From: Escherichia phage KarlJaspers
Length of the DNA stretch: 51,474 bases
Direction: 5' to 3' (one strand)
Sequence record: MZ501090
The notes under the pieces are model-generated. The model ran no database searches. It was given only the letters and a program-made list of their open reading frames with translations, and was not told where the DNA came from. Both the position numbers and the translations under genes were made by a program. The first letter of the stretch is position 1, and every line of letters starts with the position of its first letter. Positions 1 to 10,453 of the stretch are shown here, one piece after another.

Positions 1-522
1 ATGGCTAAAAACGTTGAGCCAGCAGTAAAGGCTTGCAATTTTAAAAAACTATATAATAAGAAATATGGCGATATAGCAAAAATGACAAAGGCGCACAAGT
101 ACACGCCGGAGCAGGTATTTGATCTGGCTGTTCGTTACTTTACGTGGGCTGAGGAAAACCATATACAGGCTGCGGAAACGGCATCCTTTCAGGGTGACGT
201 ATACGAAAGCAAGATTCACAAGCCGCGCGTGTTCACCTTAAACGGATTCCGATTATTCGCTGGCCTTTCTGCTTCCGTGCTTGAAAAATGGCGACGTGAG
301 CCAGGATTCAGCGATGTTATGGACTTTATCGACGGCGTTGTTTACGAGCAAAAATTCCAGCTTGCCGCAAACAATATTGTTAACGCCGGATTCATTGGTA
401 AAGAGATCGGCATTGAAAAGCCAGCTACCGTTACCATTGAGAATAACACAAGCGCCAGCGTTGACGCTGTAACGGCGGAGGAAGTCAAAGAGGCGGTAAT
501 TGACATTCTGGAGAAGATATAA
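1..522 (+). CDS. terminase small subunit (putative)
   Basis: 173 aa ORF directly upstream of and overlapping (TAATG) the large terminase; basic N-terminus; position-based call. Confidence 0.5.
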   Translation: MAKNVEPAVKACNFKKLYNKKYGDIAKMTKAHKYTPEQVFDLAVRYFTWAEENHIQAAETASFQGDVYESKIHKPRVFTLNGFRLFAGLSASVLEKWRREPGFSDVMDFIDGVVYEQKFQLAANNIVNAGFIGKEIGIEKPATVTIENNTSASVDAVTAEEVKEAVIDILEKI

Positions 523-2090
523 TGCTGATTTGGGAAGACTTAACAGCGGCGCAAAAACGCGCCATTAAGGAAATGAGCGAATATTCATTCGAAAAGATGA
601 TCCGCATTTGGTTTCAACTTCTCCAGGGGCAAAGGTTCTTAGGAAACTGGCATTTCAGTTACCTATGCAGCGAAGTTGAAAAAATCATCAAAGGCGAGTC
701 ACAGAATGTAATTTTCAACATAACGCCAGGCAGCGGTAAAACAGAGATATTCTCGATCCACATGTCACCTTATGCGTCATTGAAAAGTAAGAAGGTGAGA
801 AATCTTAATTTGTCGTTTAGTGATGGCCTTGTCCAGCAGAACAGCAACCGCATCAAAGAGATTATTGGTTCTCCAGAATGGCAGGAGCTATGGCCTGGAA
901 AGCTGGCAAAGGCGAGCGCAAAGGATTTGATTGTAACCGATGGCGGCAAGGTTAAATTGCAAGTTAACTCGCGATCAATTGGTGGTCAGGTTACTGGTCT
1001 GCGTGGCGGCTACATGGACGATGGTTTTACTGGTATGTTGGTTCTTGATGATCCAGACAAGCCGGATGACATGCTTTCTAAGGTGAAGCGCGAAGCCGGA
1101 CACATGCGCCTAAAGAACACGGTGCGATCGCGTCGAATGAAAGACACTACGCCAATTGTGATGGTTCAGCAACGTCTACACGTCAATGATTCAACATGGT
1201 TCATGACAAACGGCGGCATGGGCGGCATCCAGTTTAAGGTGGTCAGTATTCCAGCGCTCGTTACTAAGGAATATCGCGAAACTCTTCCTGATTGGTTAAA
1301 GCCTGAGTTTGATCGCGATGTTTTGTCCAGTAAGCCAGTGATGATTGATGGCGTTGCTCATTATTCATTCTGGCCTGCTAAGGAAAGCGCTGAGGAATTA
1401 CTTGCACTTCGCAATGCTGATCCGTACACGTTCGCTAGTCAGTATCAGCAACAGCCTGTTGCGCTTGGCGGTAACGTGTTTAAAACAGAGTGGTTTCAGT
1501 ATTACGGCAGCAGCGAGAAATGCACGCTACCAAAACCGGATCGCTTTGAATATACATTTATCACGGTTGATACCGCGCAGAAAACAGGTGAGCTTAACGA
1601 CTACTCCGTGATCTGTTATTGGGGGATGTATAAAGATCGCGTTTACTTCATTGATGGTGTTCGCGGAAAATGGGAAGCACCAGACCTTGAGAATAATTTT
1701 GTTGCGTTCGTTAATCAGTGCTGGAAGCGCAATAAAGAATGCGGAACGTTGCGAAGGATTCATGTTGAAGATAAGTCATCTGGCACTGGCTTGATTCAGA
1801 GTGCAGCGAAAAAAATCATGATCAAGATCAATCCCGTTCAGCGCGATAAAGACAAGGTTACTCGCGCAATGGACGCAGCGCCAGTAATGCGCGCCGGACG
1901 CGTAGCACTTCCAGAATCGCATCCTATGCTGGCTGAGATACTAGCTGAAGTTGCGGCGTTTACATTCGATGATAGCCATCCTCATGATGATATTGTTGAT
2001 AACATCATTGATGCGGTTAACATTGAAATGAACATGGCAGATGATCCGGTTGGAAGAATGAAAAAATTGGCAGGTTTGCGGAACAAATAG
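522..2090 (+). CDS. terminase large subunit
   Basis: 522 aa; Walker A-like PGSGKTE near N-terminus; acidic C-terminal nuclease-like half; gene order TerS-TerL-portal. Confidence 0.85.
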   Translation: MLIWEDLTAAQKRAIKEMSEYSFEKMIRIWFQLLQGQRFLGNWHFSYLCSEVEKIIKGESQNVIFNITPGSGKTEIFSIHMSPYASLKSKKVRNLNLSFSDGLVQQNSNRIKEIIGSPEWQELWPGKLAKASAKDLIVTDGGKVKLQVNSRSIGGQVTGLRGGYMDDGFTGMLVLDDPDKPDDMLSKVKREAGHMRLKNTVRSRRMKDTTPIVMVQQRLHVNDSTWFMTNGGMGGIQFKVVSIPALVTKEYRETLPDWLKPEFDRDVLSSKPVMIDGVAHYSFWPAKESAEELLALRNADPYTFASQYQQQPVALGGNVFKTEWFQYYGSSEKCTLPKPDRFEYTFITVDTAQKTGELNDYSVICYWGMYKDRVYFIDGVRGKWEAPDLENNFVAFVNQCWKRNKECGTLRRIHVEDKSSGTGLIQSAAKKIMIKINPVQRDKDKVTRAMDAAPVMRAGRVALPESHPMLAEILAEVAAFTFDDSHPHDDIVDNIIDAVNIEMNMADDPVGRMKKLAGLRNK

Positions 2091-2106
2091 CACGAATCGA
2101 CAAACC
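2087..2106 (+). promoter_or_regulatory. conserved intergenic motif, variant copy (ATAGCACGAATCGACAAACC)
   Basis: Matches the repeated ATAGCAC...AAAC element; overlaps TerL stop TAG. Confidence 0.4.
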
Positions 2107-2120
2107 AATATATAATCAAA

Positions 2121-2146
2121 GGCTGGTAAATCCAGCCTTTTTTATT
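2121..2146 (+). terminator. rho-independent terminator
   Basis: GGCTGG-taaat-CCAGCC hairpin followed by TTTTTTATT. Confidence 0.75.
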
Positions 2147-2158
2147 GGAGGAAAGATA

Positions 2159-3439
2159 ATGAGTAAATCACGAATCGTTAAGGCTGATGGCTATAACGAG
2201 ATCTTTAAAGGCGAGAATTGCAAATCGCGAGTAGAGCAACCATTCTACATGCAATCAATGCCATACAAGACACTTGCTGACTTTTACGAAAAAGACGGCC
2301 TGGCAAAAAGGGTTATTGACGTAGTACCAGAGGAAATGGTTTCCCCTGGCTTCACGGTTGACGGCGTGGCAGACGAGGCAGCATTCCGTTCTTTGTGGGA
2401 TGAGAAGCGATTGAATGCAAAAATTATTGATGCGCTTTGCTGGTCGCGTTTGTTTGGCGGATCTGCAATCATTGCTCTTGTTCAGGATGGTCGGGCGCTC
2501 AAATCACCTGTAAAACCTGGTGCCATGCTGGAAGACGTGCGCGTTTACGATCGTTATCAGATTCGCGTTGAAGCGCGAGAAACAAATCCCCGCAAGGTTC
2601 GCTATGGTGAGCCAGTGCTTTACACTGTAACGCCAGGCGGAGACTTGCCGGAATACCAGGTACACTACACGCGCGTTTGCATTATCGACGGCGAGCGGAT
2701 ACCTAACGCAAAGCGACGCAGCAATGATGGCTGGGGTGAGTCAGTTCTTAACAAGCGACTTGTTGAGGCTATTGTTGATTATAACTATTGTGAAACATTG
2801 GCAACGCAATTATTGCGGCGGAAGCAACAGGCTGTATGGAAGGCTAAAGGACTCGCTGACTTGTGCGATGATGAGGAAGGTGTTAGCGCGGCACGCCTGA
2901 GACTTGCGCAGGTTGACGACGAGGGCGGTGTTGGCAAAGCAATTGGTATTGATGCTGAGGATGAGGAATATGATGTTCTTAATTCTGACATCAGCGGCGT
3001 TGATTCTTTCTTGGAAAAGAAAATGGATCGCATCGTTTCCCTTTCAGGTATTCATGAAATCATCCTGAAAAATAAAAACGTTGGCGGCGTTAGCGCAAGC
3101 CAAAACACGGCGCTTGAAACATTCTATAAGCTGATTGAACGAAAACGCATTGAGGATTACAAGCCTATCCTTGAATTTCTATTACCGTTCATCATTAGTG
3201 AGCAAGAGTGGAGCATTGAGTTTTCACCTTTGAGCGTACCTAGCGATAAAGATCAGGCTGAAATTCTGAATAAGAATATCGACTCAATCAGCAAGGCTAT
3301 TGATGGTCAGTTCCTTGATGTTGAAGAAGCGCGAGACACGTTGCGAGCAATCGCCCCAAGCGTTAAACTAAAGGACACTAATAAAATCAAGCTGCCGGAG
3401 CCAGCGGAGCCGGAGCCAGGCACACAGGGGAATGAGTAA
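2159..3439 (+). CDS. portal protein (putative)
   Basis: 426 aa ORF immediately after terminase; GGAGG RBS; acidic C-terminus; synteny. Confidence 0.65.
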   Translation: MSKSRIVKADGYNEIFKGENCKSRVEQPFYMQSMPYKTLADFYEKDGLAKRVIDVVPEEMVSPGFTVDGVADEAAFRSLWDEKRLNAKIIDALCWSRLFGGSAIIALVQDGRALKSPVKPGAMLEDVRVYDRYQIRVEARETNPRKVRYGEPVLYTVTPGGDLPEYQVHYTRVCIIDGERIPNAKRRSNDGWGESVLNKRLVEAIVDYNYCETLATQLLRRKQQAVWKAKGLADLCDDEEGVSAARLRLAQVDDEGGVGKAIGIDAEDEEYDVLNSDISGVDSFLEKKMDRIVSLSGIHEIILKNKNVGGVSASQNTALETFYKLIERKRIEDYKPILEFLLPFIISEQEWSIEFSPLSVPSDKDQAEILNKNIDSISKAIDGQFLDVEEARDTLRAIAPSVKLKDTNKIKLPEPAEPEPGTQGNE

Positions 3440-4203
3440 TGAAAGTGAAGGGCGTCGTTAAACAATGGCGCTTTCCTGAAGCAAGCGAGCGGCAATTTAG
3501 CCGCTCAATTCAGGAGGCAATTAGAGATCTTGTGGTTCTCATGCGCAAGCGAACAAAAGCGATGAAGTTTGACGCAACAGATAATGAGATCAACATCGCA
3601 GAAGATGAAATTAACAGCCTGGCAACTGACCTTATAGCTGGCATTGTTTCAGCTCTTCCTGCAATCGCGTTGACCATTTATAAATTCAATGCGAAGCAGT
3701 TTATCAATGTTGCCAAGTCAACTGGCGGAAAGGATAACACGGCGGTAATTGTTTTGATCGCGGTTGGCGCTAACGCTAACGAGGATTGGTATCAGACGCT
3801 ATACGGTCAATGGCACGGGCTTACAGAATCATCGCTAAGGAAGTTATTCACAAATATTGTGTCTGACTGGTCAACAAACATTCGCAATGCAAACTTTCGC
3901 GGAAGCAATGATAAACAGGTTAATGATCTTGCAGAAAAGAGATTTGCTGTTTATAGCTCCTGGGGTAAAACTAGATCAGAAAACATTATCGGCGCGTGGA
4001 ATAGTCGCCTTATGCGCCAGCGCCTTTATGATGCTAAGGTGACTCATTATTTCTGGCATGGAATGTTAGATGATAGAGAGCGCTTGCAGCATGTGTTATG
4101 GGAAGGTAAAAGAATAGCGCTTGATGCAATTCATGATTTCCCTGGTGAGCCGTGGGGTTGCCGTTGCTGGGCGATTCCAGACTGGAATAATAAAGGAGAG
4201 TAA
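3439..4203 (+). CDS. head morphogenesis / minor head protein (putative)
   Basis: 254 aa ORF start-overlapping portal stop (TAATG); position typical for minor head protein. Confidence 0.4.
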   Translation: MKVKGVVKQWRFPEASERQFSRSIQEAIRDLVVLMRKRTKAMKFDATDNEINIAEDEINSLATDLIAGIVSALPAIALTIYKFNAKQFINVAKSTGGKDNTAVIVLIAVGANANEDWYQTLYGQWHGLTESSLRKLFTNIVSDWSTNIRNANFRGSNDKQVNDLAEKRFAVYSSWGKTRSENIIGAWNSRLMRQRLYDAKVTHYFWHGMLDDRERLQHVLWEGKRIALDAIHDFPGEPWGCRCWAIPDWNNKGE

Positions 4204-4206
4204 TTA

Positions 4207-5319
4207 ATGAAGTCAAAACAAAGATTTGATAGCGTCCAGGTTAAGGCGCATTTTGATGATAATGGCTTTTTAGTGGATCGCCCAATTGTGGCGCGAATTG
4301 GTTTGCAGGAGTACCGCACACCGTATGGAATCAGACGAGAGTTCCGACCAGCGTCAGAGGTGTTTAAGGCTGATTCGCTTGCTACGTTCGCAGGCAAGCC
4401 GATCACTATCGGTCACGTCACAGTGACGCCAGACAATGCGGATCAGGTTGTTGTTGGTTCATGCGCTGGCGCTGGTGTTCCAAATGGGATTGGCGTTGAA
4501 GTTCCGTTAAGCATTTACTCAAAGAGAGCAATTGAGAGCGCAAAAAAGAAAGACACGGCGGAAATTTCAGTCGGTTACACATCGGTTGATATTGATAAGC
4601 CAGGATGGGGTAATAATAAAACTGGTGATTACTTGTTTGAGGAAGACCTTAAGGAAGACTGGAAGCCTGATTCTCCTGATTGGGTTAAATTTGACGCCAT
4701 TCAGACGAATATTCGTGTTAATCACATTGCGCTCGTCTTTCGTGGTCGTGCTGGAATTGCCAAATTAAATCTTGATAGCGAACAGGATTTTCCGTATAGT
4801 GACGAGGTTTCAAATGACAAAGGAGATGAGGAAATGACAGTAAAAATCAAACTTGATGGCGCGGTAGAATTTGATGTTCCAAAGGCCGTTGCTGATCATA
4901 TTGAGGCGCTAAAGGCTGACGCAAAAGCTGCAACCGAAAAAGCTGATGGCCTTGAGGCAGAGCGCGACGCCCTGAAAACTAAAGTCGATGGCATTCCGGC
5001 GCAGATTGCAGAAGCTGTTAAGAAGGCGAAGACTGACGCAGAAGAACACGCCAAGCTGGTTGCAGATGCAACTGAAATTGGCATCAAGTGTGACGGCTTG
5101 GACGCTAAAGCGATCAAGGTTGCTTACGTCAAAGAAGTCACTGGCGCTGATATTTCAGAAAAAGCCGATGCATATATTGAAACAGCTTTTGACCTTGCGA
5201 AGCAGTCTGATAAAATGGCGGCGCAGCGTAAATCTGTTAAGGGCGATTCTTTCGAGTCTGGCAAGAGTGAAAAAACCGACTCCCTTGATCCGACTGCGCG
5301 TTTGAAAAAACTTAAATAA
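4207..5319 (+). CDS. prohead protease / scaffolding-like protein (putative)
   Basis: 370 aa; C-terminal half Ala/Lys/Glu-rich predicted coiled coil typical of scaffolds; position before capsid genes. Confidence 0.4.
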   Translation: MKSKQRFDSVQVKAHFDDNGFLVDRPIVARIGLQEYRTPYGIRREFRPASEVFKADSLATFAGKPITIGHVTVTPDNADQVVVGSCAGAGVPNGIGVEVPLSIYSKRAIESAKKKDTAEISVGYTSVDIDKPGWGNNKTGDYLFEEDLKEDWKPDSPDWVKFDAIQTNIRVNHIALVFRGRAGIAKLNLDSEQDFPYSDEVSNDKGDEEMTVKIKLDGAVEFDVPKAVADHIEALKADAKAATEKADGLEAERDALKTKVDGIPAQIAEAVKKAKTDAEEHAKLVADATEIGIKCDGLDAKAIKVAYVKEVTGADISEKADAYIETAFDLAKQSDKMAAQRKSVKGDSFESGKSEKTDSLDPTARLKKLK

Positions 5320-5331
5320 GGAGAAATAAAC

Positions 5332-5844
5332 ATGGCTACAATTGGAGCAAGTTATTTTGCTGTAATGTCTCGTGCGTTACCTGGTCAGGTTTCTGACACT
5401 TCAGCTTATAATATTGATAGCGCTTGTGTTCTTGAGAATGCGGCAGGCAATCAGAATCAGTCTGTTTTTGTTGGTGTGGCGGTCCAGCATGGCGGCGTTG
5501 ATGCGATGGGTAATAAACTGATCAAGCCCATGGCGGCAAGCGGCAAGGCTTACGGCGTTGCAATTCGATCTCACTTTCAGACAACTTCGTCTGACGGTCG
5601 AATGATTTATGAATCTGGCGGCGGGATCAACGTAATGACTGAAGGGCGTGTTTGGATGTTGGCTAAAGACGCATCCGCGCCAGCGTTCGGCGCTACAATC
5701 AAACTTTCTGATGATGGTCAGGTTGATACCGCGTCTGGCACTATCGAAACAAACTGGATCGCGACTGGTGATTTCACCGAGTTTCAAGGCTTGAAGCTGG
5801 TAGAGGTTCAGGTGCAAAAAGTTCCGGCAGTTTCAGCAGGTTAA
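5332..5844 (+). CDS. head-associated protein, paralog A (hypothetical)
   Basis: 170 aa; shares C-terminal W-I-x-T-G motif with next ORF; good RBS. Confidence 0.4.
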   Translation: MATIGASYFAVMSRALPGQVSDTSAYNIDSACVLENAAGNQNQSVFVGVAVQHGGVDAMGNKLIKPMAASGKAYGVAIRSHFQTTSSDGRMIYESGGGINVMTEGRVWMLAKDASAPAFGATIKLSDDGQVDTASGTIETNWIATGDFTEFQGLKLVEVQVQKVPAVSAG

Positions 5845-5851
5845 TAAATAT

Positions 5852-5875
5852 GGCGCTCACTGAGCGCCTTTTTTA
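5852..5875 (+). terminator. rho-independent terminator
   Basis: GGCGC-tcactga-GCGCC hairpin followed by TTTTTT. Confidence 0.7.
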
Positions 5876-5889
5876 TATTTGGGGTTATC

Positions 5890-6324
5890 ATGAGTGATTA
5901 TTCAGTCATTGTTGGCGCTGAGTCGCCAGGGTGCATGGTCGATTCTTCAATAATGGTGATTAACGGATCTTTCGTGTGCGGAGATGAATTTATTGCGCCA
6001 GGTAAGATTGTGCGACTATCACATATAACAAATGGATACAAAATAGCAAGTGTTAATGGGGATCTTGTTATTGGCGTGGCAGTAAGGCCGCCGGACTCGT
6101 GCATATATGAGGAGTGTGATCCCGTCAATGTGGTTAGTAGAGGTAGTGTGTGGTGCTTAACTTCTGAGAGCGAAGCGCCAGAATATGGAGATAAAGTATT
6201 TGTAACGCAAGATGGAGATGCGGCATACAGTGAAGGCGACTTGCTGACTGGTTGGATCTTTACTGGCGAACATGTAAAGATTGATCATGATTCATATATT
6301 GTCGGGGTAAGCATTATCGCATAA
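5890..6324 (+). CDS. head-associated protein, paralog B (hypothetical)
   Basis: 144 aa; similar architecture to previous ORF (TGWIFTGE vs TNWIATGD). Confidence 0.4.
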   Translation: MSDYSVIVGAESPGCMVDSSIMVINGSFVCGDEFIAPGKIVRLSHITNGYKIASVNGDLVIGVAVRPPDSCIYEECDPVNVVSRGSVWCLTSESEAPEYGDKVFVTQDGDAAYSEGDLLTGWIFTGEHVKIDHDSYIVGVSIIA

Positions 6325-6342
6325 CACAAAATTATGTTGCAC

Positions 6343-6361
6343 GTTTAACAAAAAATGCTAT
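6343..6361 (-). promoter_or_regulatory. conserved intergenic motif copy, reverse orientation
   Basis: GTTTAACAAAAAATGCTAT on + strand, 45 nt upstream of capsid start. Confidence 0.5.
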
Positions 6362-6407
6362 CATTGTGGCGTTACATACTAACAGCCTTTATATATGGAG
6401 GAAGAAA

Positions 6408-7382
6408 ATGGAAAAAGAAAAATTTGATCAGCTAGATGCAGATATTGTTTCTAGTTATCTGGCTACTCGCGGCGTTAAAGGTGATGCGTCCGATATGGGT
6501 ATTTGGACCGCTCAAGAGCTACACAAGATTCGCTCTAATGCTTACGAGAAAGAGTATCCGGCAGGTTCGGCGCTTCGTGTGTTCCCTGTAACTAATGAGC
6601 TTTCTGATACTGATAAGACTTTTGAATACCAGACTTTTGATAAAGTTGGTTACGCAAAAATTATCGCTGATTATACCGACGACCTGCCAACTGTTGACGC
6701 TTTAATGTCCAGCGAGTTTGGTAAGGTGTTCCGACTTGGTAACGCGTTCTTGATCTCCATTGACGAAATCAAGGCTGGTCAGCGTACTGGTAAGAGCCTT
6801 TCCACTCGCAAGGCAAACGCAGCGCAAAACGCTCATGATCAGGAAGTTAACCGCCTGGTGTTTAAGGGTTCAAAGCCGCATAAGATTCTTTCGGTGTTTG
6901 AGCACCCTAACCTGACAAAGATCGTGTCAACTGGCTGGTTAAGTGCTGATGAAAACACTAAGTTCCCGCAGGCGGCATCTGATGAACTGGAAAAGGCTAT
7001 TGAAACAATTCAGACCATCACCAATGGTCAGCATCGAGCAACCAACATCCTGATTCCGCCGTCTATGCGCAAGGTTCTTTCCGTTCGAATGGAAAACACC
7101 ACTGAAAGTTATCTGGAATACTTCCAGAAACAAAACAGCGGAATCACCATTGACTCAATCGCAGAGCTTGAGGATATTGATGGCACAGGAACGAAAGGTT
7201 GCCTGGTATATGAGAAAGACCCGATGAACATGTCGATCGAAATTCCAGAAGCATTTAACATGCTTCCGGCGCAACCAAAAGATCTGCATTTCAAAGTTCC
7301 GTGCACTTCAAAATGTACTGGCCTGACGATTTACCGTCCGTTTACGCTAGTGCTTATTACTGGCTTGAAAAAATCAGGTTAA
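6408..7382 (+). CDS. major capsid protein (putative)
   Basis: ATG at 6408 with perfect GGAGG RBS (ORF track begins at upstream GTG 6366); about 324 aa; flanked by strong terminator. Confidence 0.55.
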   Translation: MEKEKFDQLDADIVSSYLATRGVKGDASDMGIWTAQELHKIRSNAYEKEYPAGSALRVFPVTNELSDTDKTFEYQTFDKVGYAKIIADYTDDLPTVDALMSSEFGKVFRLGNAFLISIDEIKAGQRTGKSLSTRKANAAQNAHDQEVNRLVFKGSKPHKILSVFEHPNLTKIVSTGWLSADENTKFPQAASDELEKAIETIQTITNGQHRATNILIPPSMRKVLSVRMENTTESYLEYFQKQNSGITIDSIAELEDIDGTGTKGCLVYEKDPMNMSIEIPEAFNMLPAQPKDLHFKVPCTSKCTGLTIYRPFTLVLITGLKKSG

Positions 7383-7394
7383 TCGTATAACATT

Positions 7395-7425
7395 GGGGAA
7401 TCCTTAACTGGATTCCCTTTTTTTA
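7395..7425 (+). terminator. rho-independent terminator
   Basis: GGGGAATCC-ttaact-GGATTCCC hairpin followed by TTTTTTTATT. Confidence 0.85.
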
Positions 7426-7439
7426 TTGGAGGTTATGAA

Positions 7440-7712
7440 ATGGCTAAAGAAAAAACTGTAACGCTAAAGGTTTCCGGCGTGTGCCTTATCATTGTTGATG
7501 GTGAGCATTATCATCCAGGCAAAGAGTTTGACGTAGAAGAATCAAAATTGAAAACAAGCGCGTTTGAATATCTAATTGCAAAAGGCGATCTGGAGGTTAA
7601 AGACAACTCCGCATTGAATGAAGAAATCAAACAGAGCGCAGCAAGCAAACGTAAAAAAGACCCGCGAGAGGGCAAGAGCAAAGCCGAACTTGAAGACGGC
7701 GGCATCTATTAA
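7440..7712 (+). CDS. hypothetical protein
   Basis: 90 aa ORF with GGAGG RBS; charged C-terminus. Confidence 0.45.
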   Translation: MAKEKTVTLKVSGVCLIIVDGEHYHPGKEFDVEESKLKTSAFEYLIAKGDLEVKDNSALNEEIKQSAASKRKKDPREGKSKAELEDGGIY

Positions 7713-7759
7713 TAAAGAGGGCGCTATAAGCGCCCTTTGTCATATCTGGAGGAAACACA

Positions 7760-8176
7760 ATGGTTGATGAATTTTTCACTGACGCAGAAATCACGCAGCA
7801 AATCGTGAAATTAGCTCCACCGATGAAACAGATTGATCCAGATTTAATGGTGGCATGGATTGATCTGGCAAAGGAATTTGTTTGCAAGAAGCGGTTTAAA
7901 GAATCATATCCAAAAGCGGTTGCCCTTTATACGTTGCACCTTATGACGCTTGACGGAGCTATGAAGCAAGAAGGGGAAAGCGTAGAGAGTTACTCGCGGC
8001 GCGTGGCGTCATTTTCCCTGACTGGTGAATTTAGTCAGACATTTGATCGCGTGTCAGGCGATTCAAGCGGAAAAGAGATTAGACAAACTCCGTGGGGCAA
8101 AATGTATGAGACGTTAAATAGAAAAAAAGGCGGTGGATTTGGCCTTGTGACTGGATTTCGGAGGCGCTGCAAATGA
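7760..8176 (+). CDS. head-tail connector/completion protein (putative)
   Basis: 138 aa ORF with GGAGG RBS between head and tail genes. Confidence 0.35.
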   Translation: MVDEFFTDAEITQQIVKLAPPMKQIDPDLMVAWIDLAKEFVCKKRFKESYPKAVALYTLHLMTLDGAMKQEGESVESYSRRVASFSLTGEFSQTFDRVSGDSSGKEIRQTPWGKMYETLNRKKGGGFGLVTGFRRRCK

Positions 8177-8544
8177 ACTATAACGAGATCGCAAGAATGG
8201 CAACCGAAGGAATTAACTTCTTTAGTGATGGCAACGGTGAGTTTAAGTGCATAACGCAGCGCGGAAGCGTTGAAATCATCGGAGGCGAAGAAGTAGAAAA
8301 GCCAGAGATTAGTGTAATGATTAAGGGTTTAATTAGATCCCCCAAAGTCAGAGAGGTTGACGGCGAGACAATACGAGTAACCGATAAGTTGGGAGTTTTT
8401 AACAATAAAGTTGAAATTAAGAACGGGTATCATATTGATGTTGATGGTGAATTATATGTTGTAGTTGAAGCAAGACCAATCAGACAAACCAATGTCACTG
8501 TTGCTTATCGGCCTATTTTGAGAAGGATTTCTGTACATGGCTAA
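8173..8544 (+). CDS. head-tail joining protein (putative)
   Basis: 123 aa, start overlaps previous stop (translational coupling). Confidence 0.35.
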   Translation: MNYNEIARMATEGINFFSDGNGEFKCITQRGSVEIIGGEEVEKPEISVMIKGLIRSPKVREVDGETIRVTDKLGVFNNKVEIKNGYHIDVDGELYVVVEARPIRQTNVTVAYRPILRRISVHG

Positions 8545-8980
8545 AAACTACACGATAAGGGAATTTCACGGCAACATTGATGCGTGGATAAACGCCGTTG
8601 ATAATGGCCTGAAAGATTGCGTTGAGTTGTTCGCCGAAAAAGTGCATACAGATCTTGTTAAGCGTTCTCCGGTTGATACTGGTCGTTACCGTGCAAACTG
8701 GCAGGTAACAGCAAACAAGCCGCCATTGTATGCGCTTAACCAGTACGATAAGCACGGAGACAAAACGATCGCGGAAGGCAAGCGAGCCATATACGCGATT
8801 TTACGAGGTGGCGGCGCAGTAAGAGCCATTTATTTTTCTAACATGCTTATTTATGCTAACGCGCTTGAGTACGGTCATTCAAAACAAGCGCCAGCGGGTG
8901 TGCTTGGGGTTGTAGCGGTTAAGTTGAGATCTTATATGGCTGAAGCAATAAAAGAGTCGAGGGCTAAAAATGCACTATGA
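8537..8980 (+). CDS. tail completion protein (putative)
   Basis: 147 aa, overlapping coupled ORF in head-tail joining block. Confidence 0.35.
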   Translation: MAKNYTIREFHGNIDAWINAVDNGLKDCVELFAEKVHTDLVKRSPVDTGRYRANWQVTANKPPLYALNQYDKHGDKTIAEGKRAIYAILRGGGAVRAIYFSNMLIYANALEYGHSKQAPAGVLGVVAVKLRSYMAEAIKESRAKNAL

Positions 8981-9368
8981 ATTAATGCTATCGGCGCGTA
9001 AGGCGCTGGCGACTGAATACGAAAGCAGATTCATGATCGCTTATGAAAACGTAGAGTTTACGCCACCTGGTGACGGTTCGCCGTGGTTGAAGTTTGACTA
9101 TGCCGAAGTTGACACAGAATACTTGTCATTGGATCGCAAATGCGTTTCTTATATCGGAATGATTCAGGTTGGTATTGTGTTTCCACCAGGTTACGGAACT
9201 GACAGGCCGCGCGTTCTAGCTAAAGAGATTGCGCAATTCTTTTACGATGGTAAAATGCTGGAGCATGGTTATATATATGAGGGTGCAAGAGTTCACAAGC
9301 CGCTCAAGAGTGAAAGCGGTTGGATTCTCCCAATAAGGTTTTATGTTCGAATTGAAACAAAGGAGTAA
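8970..9368 (+). CDS. tail terminator-like protein (putative)
   Basis: 132 aa, coupled ORF immediately upstream of major tail gene. Confidence 0.35.
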   Translation: MHYELMLSARKALATEYESRFMIAYENVEFTPPGDGSPWLKFDYAEVDTEYLSLDRKCVSYIGMIQVGIVFPPGYGTDRPRVLAKEIAQFFYDGKMLEHGYIYEGARVHKPLKSESGWILPIRFYVRIETKE

Positions 9369-9373
9369 AAATT

Positions 9374-10036
9374 ATGCATTTACCAAATGGATCGCAAATT
9401 TTCGTTGAGAGCAATCGCGGAAGCGAAATCCAAGCAACAGCAGTGTCAAACGCCAAAGATCCTGTTTTCACTGTTGCATCTGGCGGCACTGCGTACAAGA
9501 AAGGTGATTATGTGATCATCACTGCGTCTTCTTGGGGTAAGCTGATTGATCGTGTTATGCGTGTAAAGGCTAACGGTGAAGAAACAAGCGTAACTCTTGA
9601 AGGCGTAGATACTACTGATCAGAACGTTTTCCCGTCTGGCGGTACTGCATCTTTTGCCAAAATTGATGCATGGACTGAGATCCCTTGCGTTCAGGATTTG
9701 TCGCAGGACGGCGGCGAACAGCAATACTACACTTATCAGTGTTTGGCAGACGATCAGGAACAGCAGTTACCTACCTATAAGAGCGCAGTTTCTCTGACAT
9801 ACACTTTTGCTCACGAATACGATAACGCGATCTATCCGCTATTGCGTTCAGCAGATGAATCAGGCGCTGTAACGGCGCTTCGTATGTATGTACCAAAAGC
9901 AAAAGAGATGCGTTGCTGGGCTGGTGTACTTTCGTTTAACGAAATCCCGCAGACCACAGTTAACGAAATGGAAACTGTTTCCCTTTCTGTATCACTGAAA
10001 GGTCGATTCACCTTTCTACCTTCTCAAGTAGAGTAA
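9374..10036 (+). CDS. major tail protein (putative)
   Basis: 220 aa; AGGAG RBS; followed by very strong terminator and then chaperone/tape-measure genes. Confidence 0.5.
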   Translation: MHLPNGSQIFVESNRGSEIQATAVSNAKDPVFTVASGGTAYKKGDYVIITASSWGKLIDRVMRVKANGEETSVTLEGVDTTDQNVFPSGGTASFAKIDAWTEIPCVQDLSQDGGEQQYYTYQCLADDQEQQLPTYKSAVSLTYTFAHEYDNAIYPLLRSADESGAVTALRMYVPKAKEMRCWAGVLSFNEIPQTTVNEMETVSLSVSLKGRFTFLPSQVE

Positions 10037-10040
10037 TAAC

Positions 10041-10066
10041 AAGGGGCGTTGCGCCCCTTTTTTTGT
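10041..10066 (+). terminator. rho-independent terminator
   Basis: AAGGGGCG-ttg-CGCCCCTT hairpin followed by TTTTTTT. Confidence 0.85.
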
Positions 10067-10102
10067 TACTGTACAATCATGATACACGATTCATAATCAA
10101 TT

Positions 10103-10122
10103 CTTTTAACAAAAAGTGCTAT
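10103..10122 (-). promoter_or_regulatory. conserved intergenic motif copy, reverse orientation
   Basis: CTTTTAACAAAAAGTGCTAT on + strand directly before RBS of 10136 gene. Confidence 0.5.
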
Positions 10123-10135
10123 CAAGGAGAAAGAA

Positions 10136-10453
10136 ATGTCAAAAATGAAATTGACGATTGGGCCGCTTCCTGACTTTAAATTACCAGTGAAATTTGCAAT
10201 GCCTAACGGAGAAGATCAAACAATTATCTTCACAGTTCGCCACCGCAAAACAAGTGAGATTCACGAGCGCTACACGTCAGATACTCCAATGAGCGATGTT
10301 GAAATGATCACCTTCCTTGCTTCTGGTTGGAATCTTGATGATGAATTTAACGAAGAAAATATTAAACAGCTTCTTGATTACTACCCAGCAACAGCAATCG
10401 GATTAACTAGCGCATACATGAAAGCGCTTGCGGGGCAGCGAGTAAAAAACTAA
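10136..10453 (+). CDS. tail assembly chaperone (G-like)
   Basis: 105 aa ORF directly upstream of tape measure; ends at slippery A_AAA_AAC. Confidence 0.6.
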   Translation: MSKMKLTIGPLPDFKLPVKFAMPNGEDQTIIFTVRHRKTSEIHERYTSDTPMSDVEMITFLASGWNLDDEFNEENIKQLLDYYPATAIGLTSAYMKALAGQRVKN